NCBI GenBank assembly: GCA_034780895.1
Contig: JAUZTB010000001.1
Location: 98,300,553 to 98,364,552, forward strand
Direction of reading: 5' to 3'
Length of the DNA stretch: 64,000 bases
Source of the DNA: Rhynchobatus australiae
Taxonomy: Eukaryota
The notes beneath the pieces were generated by a model. The model was given only the letters and a program-made list of their open reading frames with translations, ran no database searches and had not been told where the DNA came from. A program made the position numbers and the translations under genes. This document shows positions 63,620 through 64,000 of this stretch, one piece after another; the stretch's first letter is position 1; each line of letters begins with the position of its first letter.

Positions 63620-64000
63620 TTGCCCAGTACCTTCCCATCTACATCCAACACCTCCCATGCCCTCCCATTATTCTGACAACTTCCAGTTCTCTGGTCCCAG
63701 CTGCCTCATCTTCGACATGGACATCCAGTCTCCATACACCTCCATTCCCCGCTGCTTCTTTCTGGAACAAAGACCCAACCGGTCCTCCTCCAGGAACGCT
63801 CTTATCCGCCTGGCCGAACTTGTTCTTAACCTCAACAACTTCTCTTTCAAATCCTCCCACTTTCTGCAAGTCAAAGTTGCAGCCATGGGCACTCACATTG
63901 GGCCCCAGCTACGTCTGTCATTTTGTTGGCCTCATGGAACACCCCTTGTTCCAAACTTACTCTGGCACCCCTCCCCAACTTTTTCTTCACTACATCAACG
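63620..64000 (+). mobile_element. Penelope-like retroelement reverse-transcriptase fragment (degenerate; runs off window)
   Basis: NFQFSGPSCLIFDMDIQSPYTSIP..FFLEQRP..LIRLAELVLNLNNFSFKSSHFLQVKVAAMGT, then a frameshift, then GPSYVCHFVGLMEHPLFQTYSGTPPQLFLHYIN. These match the PLE motifs DVxSLYTSIP, QxxGxAMG and RYIDD. Confidence 0.88.

Overview
This is vertebrate nuclear DNA, not prokaryotic. It covers the inside of a MEIS2 (TALE homeobox) gene on the + strand. Seven coding exons with canonical GT-AG boundaries and consistent phases are present: the 3' end of exon 2 (1-31), then exons 3-8 at 663-804, 1131-1181, 1867-1917, 2849-2998, 13287-13404 and 40449-40594 (numbering by analogy to human MEIS2). 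They encode the MEINOX/HM domain through to homeodomain helix 1. Exon 9 is not visible, so intron 8 probably runs past the window end. The repeat content (HE1/V-SINE-like and Deu-domain SINEs, CR1, RTE, Rex1/Babar, Tx1, Penelope and Harbinger relics) points to a cartilaginous fish, possibly a batoid. Repeat family names come from recalled consensus sequences, not from a database search. The assembly has many N gaps, and most long ORFs in the track are gap artefacts. I do not see a wholly new biological system. The most notable observations are: minimal hammerhead-ribozyme motifs in Penelope-type repeats, all antisense to MEIS2; a four-level nested transposon stack at 47.1-49.5 kb; a 144-nt AG-free zone before exon 7; a MEIS1-like extra Asn in exon 7; an inverted SINE pair; and several candidate TALE/HOX-motif enhancers.
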